NCBI GenBank assembly: GCA_964035545.1
Contig: OZ037766.1
Location: 9,290,722-9,354,721 of the forward strand
DNA length: 64,000 nucleotides
Direction of reading: 5' to 3'
Origin: Bugula neritina
Taxonomy: Eukaryota; Animalia; Bryozoa
Position numbers and translations under genes: made by a program. Of this stretch, positions 1-58,092 are shown piece by piece. Within the stretch, counting starts at the first letter, position 1. Every line of letters starts with the position of its first letter. A model generated the notes under the pieces. That model had not been told where the DNA came from, ran no database searches, and saw nothing but the letters and a program-made list of their open reading frames with translations.

Positions 1-331
1 CTTCCCACAATGCTTAGACTCAAACAAAGCAGCTTATCTGTTTTTCTGACTGAGCTAAGAAACAGCGTATCATTTCAGTATTTATCTGCTTATTCAGTAA
101 CTAATGAAATAAAGCAAATTCCTCAGCTGCAAAAAATCTACTGCAGCAAATAATTAATTACAAAAATTATCTGAGGTGAAGTAATCTAGTAATTGCTTTG
201 TATTTTCACGGCCTAGCAAAACCAAAAATCATAATATATTAACCAACTCCTATGTAAACATTGCTGAATGTTATCGAAAAGCTATTTTATAAACTGAGAG
301 AAAAACAGAATACTTTGCTGTAAAGACTCAC

Positions 332-45780
<45,449 letters not shown>

Positions 45781-46679
45781 TTTGCTGCTCCAAGGTTAAA
45801 CTGCAGCTTTGAAATGGCCGCAAGTAAAGCACTGCTAATATTAACCTTATCAAAGGAAGGGCCTAACTTCCAGATTAAATATAGGGTGTCTACACCCAGA
45901 ATAAATACAGGTTTTAACAGAATTCTTATCAAAAAGTTAATTACTTATTTCACTCTTATCATTAAACAAATTTAGTTAAGATGAGTGGGTGAAGCACAGA
46001 TTCCGATGTGCTTTTTCAAAATTATCACAGCATCATCCTACGTGGTAACCTACTGGATTGGGTAGAGGCGTTTGTTATCACCTAGCAAACAACGCAACAG
46101 GTTTACCTTACTATGGTGATAAACTAGCATTATGCGTATAAATGACAAAAATGTGTAGATAATAATTGTAATATTATCCGGCTAGTATTGCTTCACATTA
46201 CAAGTAACACTAGTAATTAAGCTATTAGTTTATGTGGTTATTTTATATAACTGTAAATAATATTAAATGAAAAATAATTAATTTAGCATTACAATGTAGT
46301 TATTGTTTTCTACAATAAAATTTTATTTACAAGTACGCAAGGTTCTGTTGATGAAAAGTAGACAAATTAGTACGGGAAAAAAATGACAAATCACATTTTT
46401 ATTAACAGCCAGATAAGTTAGTAGTATGGAAACATACTCTATATGTACATTTGCAATAAAATTCTGTTAATATTAAAAAAAGGATACGATCTCATTATTT
46501 TAATAACTTAGGAAATCACGTGATTATACATTTGAGAGTATATAGGTTTGAGGATATGAAAACTTAAAACATTAAGAAGGAAGTGGGACAGGAAGATATA
46601 AATAGTTTGTGTTAGTTTCAATTCATTCCCCACCGTAGCAATATTCTTCTTAAATTGTTTCATCATTGCTTCAGAATTC

Positions 46680-49600
46680 TTAATCTGTCTTCTTTGAAGA
46701 AATAAACTCCACCTTTATTCTTTTGTTCAGCAGCTCAGTGCTAAAAACAGATTGAAATGTTGTTGACCTTCAAACCATAGCTCAGAGAATACAGCAAACC
46801 TGCACACTAATTCTCTTCTTACAACCTGGATATGCTGCCACCAACCTCCATATATTACAGCAATGATTGTCTAATACTTTGGAAAAAAAGCTCTTTGCAA
46901 TAGTGAGAAGTATAAAACATAAATACAAATCTAAGGCGGATTCTATCAGTTTAGTACAAGTTACTTGTTAAATTGACGTCTAAATCCCACAGCGTGTTGC
47001 TCTTCAGCAAATATAATAACGACAACATCCAAGTTTTTTTTGAGACGACCAACTTTAGTCACCACTCCAATTCTCTCTCCAAGTTCTCTGATCACAGATA
47101 CTGGGGCAGATCTGTCAACATTAATGACTTTGCAGCATAGCTTCTCACCAGGACTACCTTTAGTCTAGAAAATACATTACGACATTACTGATAGAAACTC
47201 TTTGAATATCACTTTCAGTACCTTTTAGTGATACGTCACACAAACTTTGTTAATTGTGCTCTGAAAGCAAGATCATCTAATGCTATAACTTTGCCAATTT
47301 TTATGAGGTATACAACTATAACAACAAACAGTGATCCCCGGCTAAAATCATCAGTATTCATACTAAAATATTTCGCTTGCATTCTTGCAACATTGAAATA
47401 AATGTACCAGAAACAAGCTGTAGTTTTATGCTTAAAACTTGTAATTACTGTTTAATTTAGTTAGCCAAAACAAAAGTAGTGAACATTTGCAATAGGTAAA
47501 TAACCAAGGTACCTGGCTAAATGATGAAGAGACAATTCAACAAAAAAATTGGCAAGACTTTTAAGAGATTATAAAATTTTCCTCACAGGTCTTAAATTCA
47601 TATTATAATTTTTCGTTCGATAGAAAGATGACTTTTTACAAACTCAGCTAAACTAGCTAGAAATCTTTAATAAACTGTACAGACATTCACCAGTCAAGTC
47701 CAATGCTCAAACTGCAGCTGAATTTATAAGATGCACACACTTACCGTTATCACTTTAGAAGCCACCTTTTGAGGTTGGTGCTCCTCTTGTACCGGCTTCA
47801 CAGCCTGAGTCTTTGAATCCTGTAACTAATGAACAATGTGAAAATGTACAACCCAGACATTCCACTTTCTTGAGAAACATTAGGTACCAATAATTGGAGA
47901 ATATTATTCCCTTTCACTGGATCCCTACTGCTTATACTACTTCACCTGCCATACAATTTGCATGTGCTGATATTAAGCTTACTAACCATTGTTCAAGATA
48001 ACCAACTTTTTTAAACAAAAAACCTTGACTAGAACTTGTTTGACAAATATACTAATTTAAACATCTTTTCATTTGCATTCAACTTCAATTTTTCCCAATC
48101 TAGCATAAAGAAAATAAAAACTGTCAACTACCTGAACCTTCCGTTTGGCCTCACTTATAACTTCGCGTTGAACCTTTGCACGAAACTCTGAGCATTGCTT
48201 ATTAAACCTTTCGGTCAAAGTGCTTGCCCCCGAATGCTGTTGTTTTTGCTTGTCAGCAGTCACATGTGGCTACAGCATAAGAAAAGTTTTCAGGTTGCTA
48301 AGATATGTGAAAATAACACTATGTAATTATATACAGATGCAGTTGAAGTGATAGCTAGCTGGCTCACCAGAATGTTCTTAAGAAGCCGTGGATTTACATG
48401 AGCCTTAAATGCCCTGGCAGAGTCTTTATGGAACAGGTCACTCACTCCAGAGAGCGGATTTTGTTCAGTTACGGCTGCAGGTAACTTGTCACTGCCTCTG
48501 TGTATAGTACTTGAAGATTTGTTGCTAGATTTGAGGTGACTTAACTCAGCATCTCTAGATAACATATCTAATGGATGAACGCGCTTTTTCGGAGACTTGT
48601 ACTTAGAAGAAACTGAAATGCCCATTTGAGTAACAAAATCCTCTTCATCTTGGTTAAATTGTTGGGATTTACCAGCAGTATTTTGCAACTGGCTCATCAT
48701 TTCATTGGGATCACTGAAGTAAGATTGATGTTGCAGCTGATTGTTAAACTGAGTTTGGTCATCATACATTGACTCCACCTGGTCTGTACGACTCATATCT
48801 GGTACTTGTGACTGGATCTTTATTGTCTTTTGACTCTTTTTAGATACGATGTTTTGTGAGCGATGCCATTGTTGTGGCATTTGAGAGAAAGACTGAGTGT
48901 CCTCTGATTCACATGGCTGCATATAAGATGTTGAATGGGGTGCTTCCAACATGTCCGGATGACATGACGCATCGTATTGTTCCTGCGACATACCATGCTG
49001 TCCATCAGTTAAACCTGGCTGTACCTGAGGCGTGCCATGGAATTCTTGCAGTCTATTATGTTGCACCCGGGACATATTTTGTAATCTGTGTAACCTGCTA
49101 TATTGCCCTCCTTGAGATACATCATTCTGCACCTGACGGCCTTGGGGCTTTTTTAAATGCTCCTGCTTTATGCCTTCCACCCCCTGTGCCAAGCCTGCCT
49201 GCTCTTGTGACATACCTTGCTGGCCTTGTGTTAGTTTATGGTGAGCTGAAGGTAAACCTCGCTGTCTTTTAGACAAGCTCTGATTTACATTTAATGAATT
49301 GAGATTCTGTTGTCCACTCTGCAGCTGAGGTGCAAACTGCTGTCTTTTTGACACATGCATGACATCTTGTGGGTTACTCTGCCATGACTGTGAGGAATTT
49401 GGAACAAGGTGCTGCTTTTCAGCTGAAGTCATTATATGCTTTTTATTTAAAAAATTGCCTGCTCTTGGTTGATTCACAGCCTGCGCCTTATATTGTGCAC
49501 TCGGTTGCAATTCACCATGATCACCATGACTACCGGGGTGTTCCTGCTGACCAGCTTGCATACCTTGAAAAATTAGAGAACCATTTCCAGACTCTTGATC

Positions 49601-52600
49601 TACAAATAGATTCATTTAAACTTCAACTCAGAAGTTTTTTATGAGCATCCAATACTATTGATAATAAATGTCAACAAAATTAATAAATGATGGTGAAAAT
49701 AAAATAGTGTCAAATTACAACCTCTGCCGCACAATTTATTGAAATCATGACTCACAATAAATCAGTTTGTTTACCATCAGGTTATTGCATTACAGTAGTC
49801 AAATGCCAAAGTCTCAAGCTCGCAACACTGAAATTTAGCTCAAGAAGTAAAGGATGCAGTGCACAGAATGTTTACCTGGAAGATATGATTGGCCACATTC
49901 ATCTGACTCCGATGAAAGACCATAGCTTGGTTTTTCAACATCCTGTTTGGCAGCCTGCCAAGCCGCATTGTTTTGACCAGCAAGAAGAGGTTTCACGAAA
50001 GCAGTAGCAACTTGCACACGAGAACCATACTTTTTCTGCAAGTTAGCTGAAAAACCAAATTTACTGAACAATCTCAAACATTTATGAAAATTTGAAACTT
50101 GCCGATTCTTTTTCATGTCTAAAATTATTCATAACATTAATTTTTAAAATACTGAGCATGATAACGAGTAGCCAGAGCATTTAATTCAAAATGCGATTCA
50201 ATCACTGTAATGAGAGAAGCCATGGTCTAGGAGCTACAGTGTTTGCCTAGGGTTCAAATCCTGACAAAGGCCATTAGTGATGCTAGGAAGAGTATCCAGT
50301 CATAATTGCTTCTGCGCCCATCTCAATAAGTCCTTAGCCCGATTTAACAAAAACTTCTTCCATTAGGGGTTTCTTACAGGAATGGCGACTACAAATTTGC
50401 TTGAGTTTTATTCAATCACTGTAATATGATAATTATTATTTGTAGGCATACCTGAAGCTAAAGCTTTTGCCTGTTGGATCCTTCGCATCTCTTTGTTCTT
50501 TTGTATCTTTTCCCGAGCTTCAGCTTGTGCTGCTAATTTTAGTTCATACTCACTCTGAAAAAAAAGACCAGCATTACAATATGTTGAAACAGTCTTAAGT
50601 GTTTGAGCAACAGCTTCAACTCATTCCAGATAGAATACTTGAAAGTTATTAGCCTTGAAACTTACTGGGTTAGGAAGAAGAGCTTTCTTTTTACAAGTTG
50701 GATCACTATCAGTCTCATCCTCTACTGAACGTCTTTTTCTAAAATCAAACAAAGTTTTGGCTGATAAACATGAAAGGCAGCACTAGTCCCTTTGTTTAAA
50801 TACAATCCTCACCTATCTCTGCTCTGGCCTGTTCGGGTAGCGAGTTCATTTTAAATATAATGTGCGCTAAAAATCAAAAAGTGACCGTCAAAGGATGTAA
50901 ATAAACAGCCAATAAAATATAATTAGTTAACAAAGATCAGGCTAAAAAAGATACAAAAACTTGAAATGTTGAGCTGAAACACATATTTATTATATTACAA
51001 AGTTTGTAGCTACACCCCAGGATACTAGGCTGACCAATTGCATTACAAGTACTTGCTTAACTAACAAATAAGATGAGAAAAGGTCTTAGCAAACTTAGCT
51101 AAACCTGTGCGAGGAAACATTGCACATTATCTGAAACCATAGATATGAGCAGGAAATGTACTAGGGGAGAAGCAAAGTTAGCCATTCTAAACTAACTAAT
51201 AGCATCCATAAATTAAAATTATTATACGACTTAACATGATTATAAGTTTATTATGAATAAAATCGTAAGGTTTTTCAGATATTCATTAAGTGAGAAAGGT
51301 AAAAAATAATTACATTCCGCAAAGTTACAGTAACTATTCAAAGGGTATATTTACCAACAGAAGTTAAACAACAATCTAGTTGAATTCAACTCACCTGTTA
51401 TGCCCATGGTTGTATTCAATATGCACAGTTGTAGAAATTGTTCCAACAGCAATGTTTCTTTCCCTAGCCTTCTGAGCTGAATTGGGCATTTCAGAACTTC
51501 CCTGCTGCCCTCTGACATGCAAGTTCTTAGATACCATCTGTTGTACATTTGACTGGTTGCCAAACCCACTTTGCTGAGAATGGTGCCCTACATTAGAGTT
51601 TTTCATGTTTGCTGGAGCTCCAGTAAAGGATATAGCAGAGCTGATATTAGCAAACTGTTTCACACCTGTGTTTGCTGGGTTTCTCGGCGTGTTTTGGAAA
51701 GAAAAGTTATGGGTATTTTTTATCACACGGTTGAAATTTTGCTTAGGTGTTGGAGATCTGTTTTGAATGTTATGTGAAATGTTGGGTATGTTTGAATTCG
51801 GCATCAATGCTGGTCTTGGTGCCATGTTTAGCCTCGGATCTCTGCCTGGTCTTAGCATAGCAGGCCTTGGCATGGGTGCCTGCCTTTGCATTTGAACAGG
51901 CCTCTGCATAAAGGCTAGCCTCGGCGCTGAAGTTGGTCTAACCAATGGGACTGGCCCTGCTGGAATCATTGTCTAAAACCATATTTATTAAACTAAAAAA
52001 AGACAGAATTCACTAAGCAAGCCAATGTTTTAATTTTAGAAATACTCTCTCAAACACATGTGCACACACTAGAACGTTTGATGCTGATAGCCGCTGTTGA
52101 GATATTTTAGCAAATGCTTGCATATAGACATGTTCAATAAACTACTTTTACAACATGGATGTCTCATTAACAGACATCTAAACTGTTTTTATACATAAAA
52201 TCATCTGTCTATGCGAGGAAATTTTTAGACATGATTACAATAAAATTTGTCTTATTGAGAAATTCTGCAGAATTTAATTTTTCATAAGTACTTTTCTAAA
52301 AATTTAATGAATTATTTTCGTAGTTATTTATAGGTGCTAAAAAATTACTTCGATTAGCAGTAAATAACTTTACCATTAGTGATTGCTGATGATAGAGAGG
52401 ATTCATATTCATTTGCTGAAAGTTGGGGACACGGGGAGGACCATGAGTCATGAGAGATGGGGGCCCATACTGCGGCACAGGGTTGCCAAAAGGAGGTGCT
52501 CTGGCAAACTGATAGGGATGATGAAACTGAGCTCTGGCATTAGTTGAAAAATGATTGACCATTGTATTATGTCTGGGTCTGACGTGTCTACAACAGGAAA

Positions 52601-54838
52601 CACAATGTAACTATACAAAGTCATGAGTTTCACAATTTTCATTTCTAAACAACCAATTTATAAGACTTCACAAATATACAAACTTAGACTTTCACCTGGG
52701 TCGATTTCTGTGTCCACGTGATGGAAATGACCGAGACTTTTGAATATTTTCATTACTATGCTCATAAGCAGCGGGTATCTTTGCTTCTAAAAATAAAGAT
52801 AATAATAAACTAGCACATGTGTGGGTCAAACAGTGCAAATGCAAAGAATGGTGCTCATATAACAAAACAAATTCTGCATAGTACGTATAAGATAGTCACT
52901 TTCTACATAATGAAATGGAACCAGTGCTTTGGCGACACAAAGTCAATGAGTCATCTAGACCCATCACAGTATCTTTACTGATTACAGAAATAAAAGTAAC
53001 CTGTTTGTTGCTGATCCATTTCATTTGGAGATTCAGTAAACTCCTGGTACTCCTCCTCATTGACCTGAGTGTCAAGAGTGGATATGATGGGTCCAGCAGA
53101 AGTTGTCTCCTCCCCATCAATCAGATGACTAGCCACAGCCTCTTCCTCACCATAACTCCCTTCTTCTCCAGAGTCATTCAATAACGCCTGTGCAACAAGT
53201 AACCTTCTAAACTCAAACACCTTGTAGGAATTAAATCTATTAAATGGCAAATATTTAAACATTTCGAAAATAATTTATCAATGGTAACTTAATCAGATCA
53301 TTTAATGTTATGTGTGCAAGAAAAGAAAACTAATTGCAAATTTTCGCTATTATTTACATATGAATATTTAGTAAAAAATTCAGATTCTAATTATGCTAAA
53401 GTTATGCTAAATTATGCTAAAGTTATGCTAAAACAACTATAAATGACAAAATGAATTGGCAATACCCACATCATCAACTTCTAACTCCCCCTCCGACAAA
53501 TCCGCATCTGGTAAAGTTTGTTCATGAGTTTGGTTTGTGTGAAACTGTGTATTATTATATACAGGCATATCATCCTCATCATCTAGCAAACTAGCATGTT
53601 CTTCCCCAGTATCATCATTTAAATAACTATCTCTAAAAAGACACAGTATTAGCATTTAAGTATATAAAGTGTTGAATAAATATAGTTGAAAAAATTCAAT
53701 GAGCTGATTTTATCTATTTTCAAAAACTAAAGACAAGAAATAAATCTCAGCCATTAAAATTTAAAGACCTGCATAAACTACCATATTTCATTTTCATAAG
53801 TTTTTATAATTATATTGAAAATACAAAATAGCCTTTTTTATGGAAATAAAATGAAATTAAGGTATCAGAGTTTTACAAGACATGCTGCAGATCTAAACAA
53901 CCAGCACACAGTATGGTGCATAGTCTTAGACATTGCAAAGTAACAGAGAAATCAGCTGTCATTCAGCAAAAAAAACTTACTCATCTTCACCAAGTAACAT
54001 CTGTTCGTCAAATGGTTCTTCTTCACTGTAAAAATGACAGAAATTTATTATTGTTGGCACAATAGTGTTACCAACAAATAATATAGCTAGACTCAGTTTG
54101 TGTTCATACTCAGAATGTGAAACTAAAATGCTATAACATGCAAGTCATAACTAGCAACTCGAATAACCTATATCTATACAGCTGCAAAGATCAATAAAGA
54201 ACTTCCATATTATACAATACAGAACTCCAACTCTTTATTTTAAGGATCACCAAAAAAAATAATAAGGGAATTAATCTGCTTCCAATGGCATAAAAATATT
54301 ATTTGTTTATAAAGATATTTTACATTACAAATAGAAAAAAAGTTCAAACCTCTTACAAATTTCTATAGGGCTAAACTTACAGTTCATTTCTAACTAAACT
54401 AGGTTTACTGTTAGATGTATCTATTGAGAGAGGATGCCACACATAAACTATATTTTAGCAAAAAGAAAATAAACATGATTCAATAAAACATATGGTGCTA
54501 ACCCTTTAGCACTCACAGTTTCAGTTATACAACTTATTTCATAAAACAGAAAGTTAAAAAATGTCCACGAATGCATTGTCTTCTTACATTTCGATCTACG
54601 GCATAAAGTTGGTTAGAAGTTGCTACTTTTAAGCTTTTTAACAATACAAAAAAATTACAAAACAATATAAAAAGGAGGTGGGTGAAGGAAGGCCTTCAAA
54701 AGCAACACAAAATTTTACAGAAAAATTATATCACCTGTAATGAAATTAACATAATGAAAAGAACCTGCTTTATATGTTTGACCTAACCAAGAGAACTTAC
54801 GTTTCATTTCCATCAGCATGTCCTCTTTTCCATGACAT
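46680..54838 (-). CDS. RBM33: RBM33-like protein: acidic N-terminus, Pro/Gln-rich middle, coiled coil, C-terminal RRM
   Basis: Phase-consistent exons 54801-54838, 53981-54025, 53470-53632, 53001-53187, 52696-52786, 52374-52587, 51395-51972, 50666-50738, 50452-50554, 49876-50046, 48368-49599, 48132-48269, 47745-47819, 46965-47164, 46680-46740 (TAA). The motifs YELKLAAQAEAREKIQKNKEMRRIQQA and VVIIFAEEQHAVGFRRQFNNTELLNKRIKVEF resemble RBM33 as I recall it. The start codon is uncertain. Confidence 0.68.
50212..50409 (+). mobile_element. tRNA-derived SINE in an intron of the RBM33-like gene
   Basis: A-box-like TGGTCTAGGAG, B-box GGTTCAAATCC, and an exact 16-bp flanking direct repeat ATTCAATCACTGTAAT at 50196-50211 and 50410-50425. 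Confidence 0.8.
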
Positions 54839-55151
54839 CCTTACTAGCTTATCTATGACACGAATGCACAGAATACAGTTTCAGAGGTTAAATGCAGAGT
54901 TCAAATTCAAAATCTATTTAAATTAATATGATTTATAAAAGGCTTGAAAGTTTAAACAGTGATTAGGCTGTGCAATGCAACAGCTAAAAATAGCACGAAA
55001 TGAGAGTTAGCTATAATTAGTATAAGTTTTATAGTAGCAGTAAAGTCAAGCGCTCAGAAATCCCAAATCATTTCAGCACTACTCCCACAAAATTTATTAT
55101 AAAACAAAATTGTTTAGGCATACAAACTTAAAACAGTGTGTAGATGAAAAA

Positions 55152-55155
<4 letters not shown>

Positions 55156-55202
<47 letters not shown>
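55156..55202. repeat. (TA)n microsatellite
   Basis: Direct inspection. Confidence 0.95.
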
Positions 55203-55205
<3 letters not shown>

Positions 55206-55294
55206 TGCTGCATAAGTGAAGTGTGTCAGGAATTTTTTGAAGCAATTCAATAATAACCAGAAATGAGTGAGACTAAATCTAATAGTATATTTAT

Positions 55295-56870
55295 AAGTAA
55301 TACTAATACTAACAGTAACTAATACTAATAATAATAATTATTATTATTACATACCCATTGTTACTATAAAAGGTTTATAGTAACATTAATACTAATTTAG
55401 TAATAGCTTTAGTTATACTTATACTTATAGTAATACTAATAGTGAGTAATAGTAGTTGTGCTATACTTGTAGTTGCACTTATACTGATACTAAGCCTAAT
55501 CACCTAGTGTAATACGCTACTTGATGCAGTACTTTACAGTTACTTATACTTATAGAAAAACTAAAAGTATATGTTGAAATAGATACTAATGCCAACAGTA
55601 ATAGTATTAGTAACACCAATAGTAATAGTTATACTTATAGTTATACCGATAGACTCATACTTATACTTATAGCCTATGCCCTATAGCCCGGCCTATAGGG
55701 TTATACTATAAAAATTATTATAGTTACTAGTGAAGCTATCACTATTTAATGACTATGAGCATGTCTATAAGTATATTAAATTTAAATTTAATATCCATTA
55801 GCTTTAGAAAACTGACAGTGACACAATCACATTAACATTATGATCAAATTTAATATTATGATTATAATAATATTAATAATAATAATATTATCATTAATAA
55901 TGAAGTAGTTTTAAACTATTTTAAAGATTACTATTAATATCATCATTATGATTATATTTATTATAATTATATATATTGTTAATATTAATACTAATATTAA
56001 TATTGGTATTCAATTTCATATTGGTAATGATATACTAATTACCTGAGTTTATTACCTCAGTTGAGGTAGGACTTCCGCAGCAACTGGAAAGTCTATAGGG
56101 AAGCCTCTAGTGAAGACTTACATTGGACCAGGGTTAGCACTAGTTACAGCATTTGCTGTTTTGTAATTAGTTATTATATTCTCCGCGCATTTCACGAATT
56201 GTTCGTGGTAGAAAACTAGTGTGGAATAAGTTTTTCCTAGATGATATAGAGATAAGCTCTCCTCTGGCAGCCGCTCGAGTGGTTACAGTTACAAGTTCCC
56301 TGCCTAATAGTAATACTAATAGAAATGGACTAATAGTAATACAGTTTACTCAATACTCATCCTGATACTGATACTTATAGTTATAGAGTTATACTATAGT
56401 TATAGTCATACTCATGCTGATACCGATGGTGATACCCTGATAGTGATATATTTATAGTTATATTAATACTTATACTAATAGTAATAGTAATAGTAATACT
56501 AATACTAATAGTAATACTAATAGTAATAGTAATACAGAATGCTAGTAACAGTACTAGTATTCTGTATTACAATAACTATAAGTAGCTAGCTACTTGCACA
56601 GTATCAGTATGAGTGTAACTTATACTTATAGTTGAGTTATAGTATAAGTTCACTATAACTATAACTATAAGTTAATATAAGTATAACTATAAGTTATACT
56701 GTAAGTGTATAACTATAAGTATTACTATTACTATTAGTATTACTATTACTATTAGTATTGCTAATACTTATACTAATACTAATACTAATAGTAATACTAA
56801 TACTAATACAGTAATAGTAATACTAATAGTAATACTTATAGTTAACGTTATACTTATACTCATAGATATT
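55295..56870. repeat. Degenerate AT-rich hexamer repeats (AGTAAT/ACTAAT/ACTTAT) in both orientations
   Basis: For example taatagtaatagtaatactaatactaatag at 56476-56535, with reverse-complement blocks near 56720-56760. Confidence 0.8.
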
Positions 56871-57986
56871 TAATTTTAATTTTATTCATATTGATAATTT
56901 AAATTAATATTATCATTAGACTTAGTCCTAGATTTAGCCTAAGGTCAAATATGATTATCATCGGTATAAACTTTAACAATTAAAATTAAATTATTATAAT
57001 TAATATTGCAGACAACCGCAAAGATATTGATACTGATAGTGACAATGTGAATGTTATTGTTAAATATTCATAATCCGTAGAATAACTTATAACACAGTCC
57101 TAGTTGATGCATGATTTACGACGATGGTTCGGAGTGCGGGATGGATATCAATAAGCCATGTGCAATTATTATTAAAATGAAAAATTTCAGCGGTAGAAGA
57201 CTGGTCTATACCAAAGGGTTAAAGGGCATACCGCATAATTATAGATCACGCTGGTCTATGCCAGCATTATAATCACTGAGCTGGAAAAGACTAGACCAGA
57301 CCATTATTGAGTCACCAGATGATGGTCACTGAGTGTATTTATTGGTTCGAAGAGGGGTGTCGAGTTTGGAGTTCGGACAAGAGATTTTCGAGCTTACCAC
57401 TGCAAAACTAGATTTCTGTTCAGCAATCAGCATGGTAAAGCAAAGTTCTTATAAATGCAACAAATTTATACAATAATAGTTGATTTGTTGAAGAGTTATA
57501 AAAGGTAAAATAATTTCTATTTTTCCAATATTGGCTTAAAACATGAGTTTAGATACATATGTATTTGTTTGAACAAAAGTGGCCTTTCAATACAAAAAGC
57601 AATAAGACCTTAAGAAAAAAATGTTGGCAATTCATAATAGTTTATAGTATGCATGTGGTTGTTAGTGTTTTCAGTCAGCCAAGCCTATATTTGTTACAAC
57701 TGAAGTTGGGTCCAGTATTACCATATTGGTTACAGATGTAATCAGCTGCGCAGTTCTGTTGGATGAGCTTCGCCAATATTGTTGTTCGAGTTTAGACAAT
57801 GGCTGAAAGAGTTTGACCCCAGATGACTAACTGCACTGCCAATGCTGTGGTTGTTTGCATTAGAATGTGGCTATTTATGCTGTCATGATAAATTGAGTAA
57901 GCTAGACATTGCTGTGGCATAGGCTGTCAATGCCGTTTAGGAGCAGTAGTGGAGAAATTGAGATAGTCGAAGTTCTTTAATTTTAT

Positions 57987-58092
57987 TAATAAATTTTGGT
58001 TTGGGGCGATGTTGAAAGTCTCGCGAAAACATAACTTCTAGAACTAATCTAGAACACAGGCTTTTCTCAATATCTCCATTATTGCACCTACC
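57987..58092 (+). repeat. Dispersed repeat fragment, copy 2
   Basis: Similar to 9964-10078. Confidence 0.8.

Noticed and set aside
50813-50866. Possible extra small exon of the RBM33-like gene (GTGAG donor just after 50813)
   Set aside because: The required frame has a stop, and the flanking exons join in phase without it.
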